A DNA stretch of 64,000 nt from Candidatus Omnitrophota bacterium (GTDB taxonomy: Bacteria > Omnitrophota > Gorgyraeia > Pluralincolimonadales > Pluralincolimonadaceae), in assembly GCA_003141835.1 (NCBI GenBank), contig PLNR01000009.1, forward strand, positions 8,307 to 72,306. Direction: 5' to 3'. The position numbers and the translations under genes are program-made. Shown in pieces: positions 46,364-54,128 of the stretch. The notes beneath the pieces were generated by a model. The model ran no database searches. It saw nothing but the letters and a program-made list of their open reading frames with translations, and was not told where the DNA came from. Position 1 is the first letter of the stretch; each line of letters opens with the position of its first letter.

Positions 46364-47475
46364 AACACCGGTTCTCCTCTTGAGTCCAATATCGTGGCTG
46401 TCAGGAAGATCAACAGGTTCTTCTTGGTCTTATCCGTATGGTCGGTCGTAAATAAATATTTGCCTATGACGGGTATATCGCCCAGGAAGGGGATCTTCCT
46501 TTTTGTGACCTTTTCATCTTCCCTTATCAATCCGCCCAGGACAACGGTCTCTCCGCTCTTTACGACTACCGACGTCTGCGTAGTCCTCGTGTCGATGACC
46601 GGGTACCCTAAATCCGCGGGAAAGTCTGCCGAAGCGGAGATCGGGATCTGGTCGACCAGGACGCTAACCTCCGGGTGTATATCCATAGTGACCACTTTAT
46701 TGTCGCCGCCGACCGAAGGCGTGACTTCAAGGGATATCCCCGTGACCTTTTCCGCGACTTTGTATATCTCTACCATGACCGGCAAATCTGCGGTCCCGAT
46801 GTTCGTCCTCGTAAAATCAGACGCGTAAGGGACTATGTTGGCCACCTGGATGTTCGCCATCTGTCCCGACAATGTAGTGACCGAAGGCGAAGACAAGAGG
46901 CTGGCTTTTCCCTCTTCGATAAGCGCCTTTATATACGCCCTGTATATATCTCCCGAGTTTGTCATCCTTCCGATAGTCAAACCCAGTCCTGAAGTCTCGT
47001 TTGCCTGGCCGAATAAAGCTGCGGCGGTCTGGTCTTCGCTTATCGACCCGCTGTTAACCTCGCCACCGAAATTGCTCCAGTGGCCGTTCTTATCCATGGG
47101 GTATCTTTGCGCTTTATGGATCTCCCATTGGACGCCCAGTTCCTGCAGATTTGTGACCTGGATCTCCACAAACCTCGCTTGTATCTTTACCTGGGTAGGC
47201 CCGGTATCCCATAATTTGACCAGGTCCTTGGCCATCGACTGGTTGGTCGGGGTATCGGTAACGGTAAGCACGCCGGTTATCCCGTCATAAACGATCTTCC
47301 TCTCCGGATTTTCAGGTAAAGCCTCTTGCAGGTATTGCTCGATACCGGAACCCTCTCCGCCGGATGACGCCTCGGCATCGGCCGCCGCAAAGACCGGCCC
47401 GGATGCCAGTGAAAGAAGGATAACTGCGGAGTATAAGATTATCGATCTCAAAGAAATGCCGTATTTATATTTCAT
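46360..47475 (-). CDS. Minimal secretin (GspD/PilQ family), paralog B: signal peptide, one N-domain and the secretin domain
   Basis: The C-terminal secretin signature VVVKSGETVVLGGLIREDEKVTKRKIPFLGDIPVIGKYLF...KNLLIFLTATILD. Only ~370 aa, lacking N0-N2 domains. ~50% identical to the adjacent gene. Confidence 0.75.
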   Translation of the reverse strand: MKYKYGISLRSIILYSAVILLSLASGPVFAAADAEASSGGEGSGIEQYLQEALPENPERKIVYDGITGVLTVTDTPTNQSMAKDLVKLWDTGPTQVKIQARFVEIQVTNLQELGVQWEIHKAQRYPMDKNGHWSNFGGEVNSGSISEDQTAAALFGQANETSGLGLTIGRMTNSGDIYRAYIKALIEEGKASLLSSPSVTTLSGQMANIQVANIVPYASDFTRTNIGTADLPVMVEIYKVAEKVTGISLEVTPSVGGDNKVVTMDIHPEVSVLVDQIPISASADFPADLGYPVIDTRTTQTSVVVKSGETVVLGGLIREDEKVTKRKIPFLGDIPVIGKYLFTTDHTDKTKKNLLIFLTATILDSRGEPVL

Positions 47476-48596
47476 CTTATAGCCTCGCCTTTCGAGTCAA
47501 TGATGCTCGCCGTAATGAATATAAGCAGGTTTGTCTTGGTCTGGTTTTTGTAATCATACCGGAAAGCCTGCCCGAGCAAGGGGATGTCCCCCAGGACCGG
47601 GATCTTCCTCTTCGTCACGGTCTCGCTGTCCTTGATCAACCCGCCGAGCACTATCGTCGCCCCGCTGTCAACCGAAACGCTCGTCTGGGTGGTCCTCACG
47701 TCCACAACAGGCCAGCCTAACGCAGCCGGTATGACTTTTACCGAGGTGGTAGAAGTTACGTTGCCGAGATTACCGGTTTGGCCGCTCGTATTTAAGTTCG
47801 AGATGGGCACCTGGTTCCGCAGGACGCTTACTTCGGGATGCAAGTCCAGCGTTATGGTATTCGAACCCTCTGTCACATAAGGGGTCGCTTCAAGGAATAT
47901 ACCTATCGGTTTTTCGGCAAGCGTCAATTTATAAGTCCAGATAGGGAACTCAGCCGTTCCTATGTTCTCAAGAGTGAAATCCGAAACATACGGATAGGTC
48001 CTAACCACCTGTATGTTCGCCATCTGTCCGGAGATCGTGGTGATCTTGGGAGCGGAAAGGAGGTTCGCCTTCCCCTGCTGCTCTAAAAACCTGAGGTTCG
48101 CGATATACTGTTCGCCGTTTGCCAGGACTTTGGATATCAAAAGCTGTCCGGCGAAATTCCCTGTCACAGGGAACGTGGAAAGGAGATCGTTGTTCCAGTG
48201 TACGTTCTGGTAGTTTTGATGTCCGGGGGAGCCGATAGTGAACCCGCTATTGTTGCCGTTGGCGTTTGCCGGATGGAAAAAATCCCATTCTATGCCGAGC
48301 TCGTCCAGATCGTTGACCGAGATCTCCACGAACCGCGTCTCGATCATTACCTGTTTGGGGCCGACCTCGAACTCCTTTATCAGCCTCTTTATGAGCTCCT
48401 GGTTATCCTTGGTATCCGTGACGGTCAGGAGTTTGCTGCTGTCGTTATAGGTTATCTTCCTGCCATCTTGGCTGGGGAGGCTTTGCTCAAGATACTGTTT
48501 AATGTCGCGGCTGCCGCCGTCATCAGCCGCAAAGACCGCAACAGCCGGGATCGCCAAAAAGACCGATAACGCTGCCGCGATAAGTTTTCTTGTCAT
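47472..48596 (-). CDS. Minimal secretin (GspD/PilQ family), paralog A
   Basis: Signal peptide plus secretin signature VSVDSGATIVLGGLIKDSETVTKRKIPVLGDIPLLGQAF...TNLLIFITASIID. Tandem paralog of 46360-47475. Confidence 0.75.
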   Translation of the reverse strand: MTRKLIAAALSVFLAIPAVAVFAADDGGSRDIKQYLEQSLPSQDGRKITYNDSSKLLTVTDTKDNQELIKRLIKEFEVGPKQVMIETRFVEISVNDLDELGIEWDFFHPANANGNNSGFTIGSPGHQNYQNVHWNNDLLSTFPVTGNFAGQLLISKVLANGEQYIANLRFLEQQGKANLLSAPKITTISGQMANIQVVRTYPYVSDFTLENIGTAEFPIWTYKLTLAEKPIGIFLEATPYVTEGSNTITLDLHPEVSVLRNQVPISNLNTSGQTGNLGNVTSTTSVKVIPAALGWPVVDVRTTQTSVSVDSGATIVLGGLIKDSETVTKRKIPVLGDIPLLGQAFRYDYKNQTKTNLLIFITASIIDSKGEAIR

Positions 48597-49729
48597 TTCT
48601 TCTCTTTCGTTTCGGAGGTAGCCCCGAATTCCATCGGCGGTTTGATAGAATGGGTCGAACGCTGCCCGTATTTGAGTTTGTATGTCCTCGTGACAAGATC
48701 TTCCTTCTCTCTATTTGCCCTACTCGTCACATAAACGTAATTCGTCTCGACCTTATAAGCGAGCTGTGTGGTCTTGAATGCGATGTCGAGGACATCGAGC
48801 AAAGGCATCGGGGAAACGGTACTTATCGTGATCTTCATCGGCTGCTCTTTGGTAAGGGCCGCCAAAGATTTCTCGTCTATGACGATCGTTACGCCGGTCA
48901 TTTCGGTCAGCTGGCGGATAAGGTCCTGGACGTCGGCGTCGGTAACGGATATGGCCGGGACGATAACGCTCGCCATCTTCTCCTGGAGCTTCTTCCTTGC
49001 CTCCGCGTCGAGCCTTTCCTGCTCCGGGATCACCTCTTCGATCACCATCTCTTCCTTACTGGTCTTCTCAGGAGGCAGCCATCCCCTATCCACATCAAGG
49101 AGCGCCTTCTGTTCGGATGTATCTTTCTCCTCGTTGGTGACGTGCCTGTCTTTTACGACGTACTTGCGTTCTTCCTTGGTAACTTTTTCCCTGGTCGATA
49201 ATCCATCGGCCTGCTGCGCCTTGGCCAGCCACGCCTGCGCTTCCTGGTCGTTAGGATTGGCCGCGAGGGCGCTCTCAAAATCCGCTATTGCCGCGGAATA
49301 TTCTTTGCTCACGTAATTCGCTTTTCCGCGCTTGACCATAGAGCCGGTTATCGTCTCCGGGACGGTCGAAACTATCCCTTCCTTGCATAATTGGACATAA
49401 TGTACGGCTTGTTTATTCTTGGGGTCTATCTGGACTATCTTTTCGAAGATCTGCTGTGCGGTTTCGAAATTTTTAGCATCGTATTCGGCCTTGGCCTGGT
49501 TGAAGAGGTCCGTAACGATGGATTTGTGTTCGGCTTTCTTTTCCTTGGCCAGGTCCTGGGCTATTAACCTTGCCTCGACCGAATCTCCGGCCGAGCCCGA
49601 ATCGCCCACGGCGTAAACCTTGGCGCAAAAACCGTTACATAATGAGATAATAAAGAACAAACCAAAAGCCAAAAAGATGCAAACAAAGAACCTGCCTGCT
49701 GTTCTTTTAACCTCATTGGTTATACTCAT
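48593..49729 (-). CDS. Secreted TPR-repeat protein carrying a secretin-N (STN/N0-like) domain
   Basis: N-terminal signal/TM, TPR-like helical repeats (...AKAEYDAKNFETAQQIFEKIVQIDPKNKQAV...AAIADFESALAANPNDQEAQAWLAKA), then an STN-like domain (ISVTDADVQDLIRQLTEMTGVTIVIDEKSL...LLDVLDIAFKTTQLAYKVETNYVYVTS). It sits between the pilP-like gene and the secretins. Confidence 0.6.
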   Translation of the reverse strand: MSITNEVKRTAGRFFVCIFLAFGLFFIISLCNGFCAKVYAVGDSGSAGDSVEARLIAQDLAKEKKAEHKSIVTDLFNQAKAEYDAKNFETAQQIFEKIVQIDPKNKQAVHYVQLCKEGIVSTVPETITGSMVKRGKANYVSKEYSAAIADFESALAANPNDQEAQAWLAKAQQADGLSTREKVTKEERKYVVKDRHVTNEEKDTSEQKALLDVDRGWLPPEKTSKEEMVIEEVIPEQERLDAEARKKLQEKMASVIVPAISVTDADVQDLIRQLTEMTGVTIVIDEKSLAALTKEQPMKITISTVSPMPLLDVLDIAFKTTQLAYKVETNYVYVTSRANREKEDLVTRTYKLKYGQRSTHSIKPPMEFGATSETKEKK

Positions 49730-49734
49730 TTATA

Positions 49735-50409
49735 TCATCTCCCCTTTGTTATGACCCACTCTTTATTTTGGCCGTATAATACCACAGAATCAGTTTTTAT
49801 GTCAAGAACTTTATACTCTCCGACCATCTCATCCTTCTTTACCTCAATATCCCTATTATTCATTGAGTCGTGCAGCGTTACGACCAATTCCCTGCCCTTT
49901 GCGACCTTCTTATATTCGAGGGTAATCTGGCCGTCCTTGTTTTCTATCTTGAGAATCTTGCTATTGATCTCGATCACCTTAAAATCCTTGAACTTATCCC
50001 CCTTCTTTACGAAATATGTCTTGCCTGACCAGTTGATCTGGCCTATTATCGTCCCGTCTGACCTCGCGATAAAACCGTTGTACATAAAAGGAAGCGGAAC
50101 GTAGGAGACGGATGTTATACTTAGCTTTTCAGGTGTAAAGACCGGCGGCGGAGTTTCGGGCTTTATGAACATATTCTTGTCGAAAAGCGGCTGGTATCTC
50201 GAGATCGTATAAGGCGATTTAAGCAAATTCTCCGCATACAATAATGAATCGGGAGCGACGTTTGGCTCTTCTTTGGGCTGCGCAGCCCCCTTGCCTTCTT
50301 CGGATTGGAACGGGATCTGCTTCGGTTCAAAGACCGAAGACGATTTCCACATCACGAATAGCCATAAGATGAACGCGACTGCTGCTATTATCCTGGCTGG
50401 GCCTTTCAT
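49735..50409 (-). CDS. PilP/GspC-like inner-membrane protein (N-terminal TM, C-terminal beta-sandwich HR-like domain)
   Basis: TM ARIIAAVAFILWLFVMW, a Pro-rich linker (IKPETPPPVFTPE) and a C-terminal ~90-aa beta-rich domain (TYFVKKGDKFKDFKVIEINSKILKIENKDGQITLEYK). Sits in the pilMNOP-Q gene order. Confidence 0.5.
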   Translation of the reverse strand: MKGPARIIAAVAFILWLFVMWKSSSVFEPKQIPFQSEEGKGAAQPKEEPNVAPDSLLYAENLLKSPYTISRYQPLFDKNMFIKPETPPPVFTPEKLSITSVSYVPLPFMYNGFIARSDGTIIGQINWSGKTYFVKKGDKFKDFKVIEINSKILKIENKDGQITLEYKKVAKGRELVVTLHDSMNNRDIEVKKDEMVGEYKVLDIKTDSVVLYGQNKEWVITKGR

Positions 50410-51161
50410 GTCTTCTCCGCGGGCAGTATTGCGGCAACTATGACCAGCTCCGCAGTCAGGTCGCCGGGGGCCACGGCTTCCTCGTTAGAAACTTTTATTT
50501 TGAACGAATCTATCCTGAAAGGCATATCCGCGACGCTCAACTTCTGTATAAAATTGACCAGGTTGTCGTTCTTGCATTTCAGGACCACCCTGACCGGGAA
50601 CTCCATATAAAGGCCGCTCTCCGCCGATACCTTCTTGACTTCAAGGAATTCGACGGTAGATATCTCAGGCACCTTCGAGGCCAGCGCTATATTACCGACC
50701 TCCCCTATGATATCGAGCTGCTTGACCCTGAACGGGAGGTCTGCAGCATTCGGTATGTCATGTTCGTACCTGTCGAAACCGAGCCAGAACGGGAATTGGA
50801 AATTTATGGAGGCGCCGTCCTCTTTCATCTTATTCTGGACCTTGTATAATTCTTCCTTGAATTTAAGCGGGTCGCCGGCCTCCTTCGCCATCCTGGAAAC
50901 CGGTTTAGAGAAAAGTATGCCGCTTATATCCTTGTCGGCCTCACGCAGGGAATTGAGCTGCCTTTGGAGCCGGTTCTTCTCGCTGTTCAGGAAAGCGAAG
51001 CCCTGGTTCTTATAAACCTTGAGCTGCTGCTGTTTCTGCTCGACAGCGTGTTCGATCCTCAATCTCTCATACACGACGATCCCCAGGAAAAGGAAAGAGA
51101 CCAGGATGACCGCGCCCAGCGTAACTTTAGTAGTAAGCGATTCGCTCATGCCTTTTGGCAT
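50406..51161 (-). CDS. PilO-like (GspM-like) bitopic membrane protein
   Basis: N-terminal TM (VTLGAVILVSFLFLGIVVY), a coiled-coil segment, then an alpha/beta periplasmic domain. Lies directly after pilMN. Confidence 0.55.
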   Translation of the reverse strand: MPKGMSESLTTKVTLGAVILVSFLFLGIVVYERLRIEHAVEQKQQQLKVYKNQGFAFLNSEKNRLQRQLNSLREADKDISGILFSKPVSRMAKEAGDPLKFKEELYKVQNKMKEDGASINFQFPFWLGFDRYEHDIPNAADLPFRVKQLDIIGEVGNIALASKVPEISTVEFLEVKKVSAESGLYMEFPVRVVLKCKNDNLVNFIQKLSVADMPFRIDSFKIKVSNEEAVAPGDLTAELVIVAAILPAEKT

Positions 51162-51164
51162 CTT

Positions 51165-52811
51165 TTATTTCTTGCCTTTCGTTTCGCTCTTCTCGACCTT
51201 CGGGGCCGGCGCGTCGCCCTGCCCCTTTAGTTTGAACTTTATGGAAAAATCCCTGTACTGTCCCGCGCCTTCTTCCGTCTCGCGCGGCAGGCTCGCGTAA
51301 ATTATCTCCACCGAATCGAATAACGGCGATGCGGCGAGCTTGTTCTTGAACTCATTGATGGTCAGGAGGCTTGATGTCGTCCTGCCTTCCAGCTGGAAAA
51401 GGTCCTTGTCCTTGGAGATCGATGTCAACCAGGTCTCCTCCGGCAGGAGTTTCCTTATCTCCAATATCGCCTCGAGCGAGATGCTTTTCTTCACGGCGAG
51501 GCTCTCAAAAGGCTTGAGCTTGGCTTCGCTGGATTTTATGTCTTCCTTAAGCTTGGCTATATCCTTGTTGACGTTCTCATAATCCGACAAAAGCGAATCC
51601 AGGAATGTCAATTCCTTCCTCAGGGTCGATGACTGGAACCAGATATTATACGCTATCGTTATCGGTATAACGGCTATGAGGAGGCCGGCCGAGATTATCC
51701 AGAACTTCTCTTTCTTGAAATCCCTCTCTTCCTTCCTTTCGACCGGCAGCAGGTCTATATTGGTCGGGCACTTCTGGAGCAGGCGCAGCGCCAGGCCGAT
51801 CGAGGAGCCGAAGCGGGTCTGGAAATCTATATCCACCCTGAGGGCAGACGGGCATTTTATCTTTTGGCCGAGGTTGGCGCGCCTTATCTGCATGCCCAGC
51901 CCCTTCGACAGGAAATCCTCTATACCCTTGAGCTTCGATCCGCCGCCGGATAATATGATCTCATTGAAGGCGGTATCGCGGGCATGCTTGGTTTTGTAGA
52001 ATTCCATCGACTGGATGACGGACGACACGAGGTCGGAGACGACCGGGTTCAGGGCATTGATGAGGTCTTTGCCGGCCGGGGTGATGCTCGAGGGAACGAG
52101 GCTGTCCGAGGCGACTACCATCCCCTCCTTGCGCTTAAGCTCTTCCGCCTTATCGAAAGGTATGTTCAACTTCGAGGCGATCGCATGGGTCATCTCGTCG
52201 CCGGCGATGAGTATCGAACGGACCCAGAACCCCTTGTCCGAGATCACGATAAGGTTGGTCGCCTTGGCACCTATATCCAGGATCAGCCCCTTGCCGAGAG
52301 GCTCATTGTAAGTCACGGCGTTGAGCAGGGCCAGCGGGCTTACATCGACGAACTCTATATCCAGGTTGGTCCTCGCCACGTACGAGAGCGTGGTCTCTAC
52401 GATCTCTTTTTTCGCGGCGACGAAAAGGACATCCTCTTCCGGGCCCGCGCCGGCGCGGAAGATCTGGTGGTCCCAGCTTATCTTATCGAGGGGGAACGGG
52501 ATCTGCTGCTGGGCTTCGTATTTTATTATCTTGTCTATCTTGCCTTGCTGTATCTTGGGGAGCTTGAGGAAGCGGATGAACACCGACTGGCCCGAGAGGG
52601 AGAGCGCCAGCCTGCCGGCTTTTATCTTTTCTGTTTTCAGCAACCCCTCTACGCCGTCCCTTACCAGCGTGTCCCTTTTTTCCTGGTCGGCGTATTGGGT
52701 CAAATCAAAAAATTTCGCCCGAATAAGCTGGATGCCCTCGGGTGTCTTTTCCAGCTCGACGAGCTTAATCGAGCCTGCGCCTATATCGATGCCTAGAGCA
52801 CGTTTTCCCAT
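51165..52811 (-). CDS. PilM-PilN fusion protein (actin-like ATPase-fold PilM fused to TM/coiled-coil PilN)
   Basis: N-terminal ~350 aa carry PilM/FtsA-like motifs (LGIDIGAGSIKLVEL, IILSGGGSKLKGI). Then a TM helix (FWIISAGLLIAVIPITIAYNIWF) and a coiled-coil/periplasmic PilN-like tail. Confidence 0.7.
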   Translation of the reverse strand: MGKRALGIDIGAGSIKLVELEKTPEGIQLIRAKFFDLTQYADQEKRDTLVRDGVEGLLKTEKIKAGRLALSLSGQSVFIRFLKLPKIQQGKIDKIIKYEAQQQIPFPLDKISWDHQIFRAGAGPEEDVLFVAAKKEIVETTLSYVARTNLDIEFVDVSPLALLNAVTYNEPLGKGLILDIGAKATNLIVISDKGFWVRSILIAGDEMTHAIASKLNIPFDKAEELKRKEGMVVASDSLVPSSITPAGKDLINALNPVVSDLVSSVIQSMEFYKTKHARDTAFNEIILSGGGSKLKGIEDFLSKGLGMQIRRANLGQKIKCPSALRVDIDFQTRFGSSIGLALRLLQKCPTNIDLLPVERKEERDFKKEKFWIISAGLLIAVIPITIAYNIWFQSSTLRKELTFLDSLLSDYENVNKDIAKLKEDIKSSEAKLKPFESLAVKKSISLEAILEIRKLLPEETWLTSISKDKDLFQLEGRTTSSLLTINEFKNKLAASPLFDSVEIIYASLPRETEEGAGQYRDFSIKFKLKGQGDAPAPKVEKSETKGKK

Positions 52812-52823
52812 ATAGTTATGTAT

Positions 52824-52852
52824 ATTTTATAGGATTAAACAAATGTTGTCAA
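52824..52852 (-). promoter_or_regulatory. Putative sigma70-type promoter for the pilMN...secretin operon
   Basis: Minus strand: TTGACA (52852-52847), 17-nt spacer, TAAAAT (52829-52824), in an AT-rich 81-nt gap. Only 12 nt to the pilMN ATG and no SD. Confidence 0.4.
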
Positions 52853-52892
52853 TTATTTCTTTTCAAAAAGCAAAAAAATACGAATCCGCTGT

Positions 52893-54128
52893 TTAATTCT
52901 TAGCGCGGGTCAATCTTCGCGCCTCTAATATCCGGTCGGCTATAACCTGCCTTATCTTCTCGTCTTTTGAGAAATTGTCCGCTAGTGAATAACAGAAAAG
53001 CGCGTCCTGGGCCTTCTGTCCTTTCAAGGGCTGCTTTAATTTTTTTGCCTTTTTGTACAGCAGGTCATCTCCTATTTTGAAATACCGGTTGGCTACGTTC
53101 GCCACGAAATCCCTGTCCTCGACTATGTTAAGATATTCCTCCATTTCCGCAAGTTTCGCGTCATCGCGGGGAATGGGGTTATCTTCGAAAAATCCTTTCA
53201 GCAGCAGCTGGACCCGGGATCTCGCAATTTCTTTTATGCTTGGTTCATCTAAACTCGAGAGCGCTTCGTAATAATTTATGGCATATCTGTAATAACCCAG
53301 CTTTTTTTCTTTCGCAACTTCTCCCGCCCTGTTCTCGTAATCCTTCGCTTTCGCCATGCATTTCGCGAGATATGCCTCCTTCATATCTTTATCGTCCATA
53401 TGGGAGGACGCCAAAGAAAGGGAATCAGCCGAGAAAACAACTTCCGGGAGGCCGTCTTTTGCGTTTAAGATCTTGGATGCTATATTACCGCCCCATATCT
53501 TTACCAGGAGATCTTTTGACTTATCGGCGTAAGCGGATTCCGGATAATCTGCTATTATCGAGAGCAGCATCCTCTCCGAATTAGGGTATTGCTCGATGTT
53601 GAAATCGACCTCTGCCCATTTATAGAGCTCCTTTGCCTTTCTGTCAACGGCATCTTTAAGGTCTTTTCCGGACTTCTCGGCAACAGCGGGGTCCAGCTCA
53701 TTAGCTTTGTTAAAATGCATTATCGCCATATCGGCGAGGCGGTTCTCGGGCGTGCTGTTTTTCAGGCACCACTCTGCCAGGGCAAGCTGCGCCTTAGCGT
53801 CTTTCGGGTCCGTATTTTCAAATTTCTTAAGATAGATATCCTGCACGGTATATAATTCACTTTCCGGGATATCTTCTTTCTTTATCTCCTTCACCCATGA
53901 TTTAGGGAATCTCACTGTCCCGCCGGTCTTTAGCTTGACTGTCATCTCAGTACCGGTCTCGTTAATTATCTTCCCGTTAAAAGTTTCGCTCCTGTTATTC
54001 AATGTGATTATATCGGCGAGGGCCGGCTTAAATCCATATAAAGGAAATACCAGGGAACAAATTAAAATAAACAACAAAAAAGAACTGCGCATGATCCCTC
54101 CTAAAAAATTGTTTTGGTAGCATTGCAA
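52893..54128 (-). CDS. Secreted TPR-like helical-repeat protein
   Basis: Signal peptide (SSFLLFILICSLVFPLYG) and a helical-repeat-rich body. No catalytic motif. Confidence 0.45.
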   Translation of the reverse strand: MQCYQNNFLGGIMRSSFLLFILICSLVFPLYGFKPALADIITLNNRSETFNGKIINETGTEMTVKLKTGGTVRFPKSWVKEIKKEDIPESELYTVQDIYLKKFENTDPKDAKAQLALAEWCLKNSTPENRLADMAIMHFNKANELDPAVAEKSGKDLKDAVDRKAKELYKWAEVDFNIEQYPNSERMLLSIIADYPESAYADKSKDLLVKIWGGNIASKILNAKDGLPEVVFSADSLSLASSHMDDKDMKEAYLAKCMAKAKDYENRAGEVAKEKKLGYYRYAINYYEALSSLDEPSIKEIARSRVQLLLKGFFEDNPIPRDDAKLAEMEEYLNIVEDRDFVANVANRYFKIGDDLLYKKAKKLKQPLKGQKAQDALFCYSLADNFSKDEKIRQVIADRILEARRLTRAKN

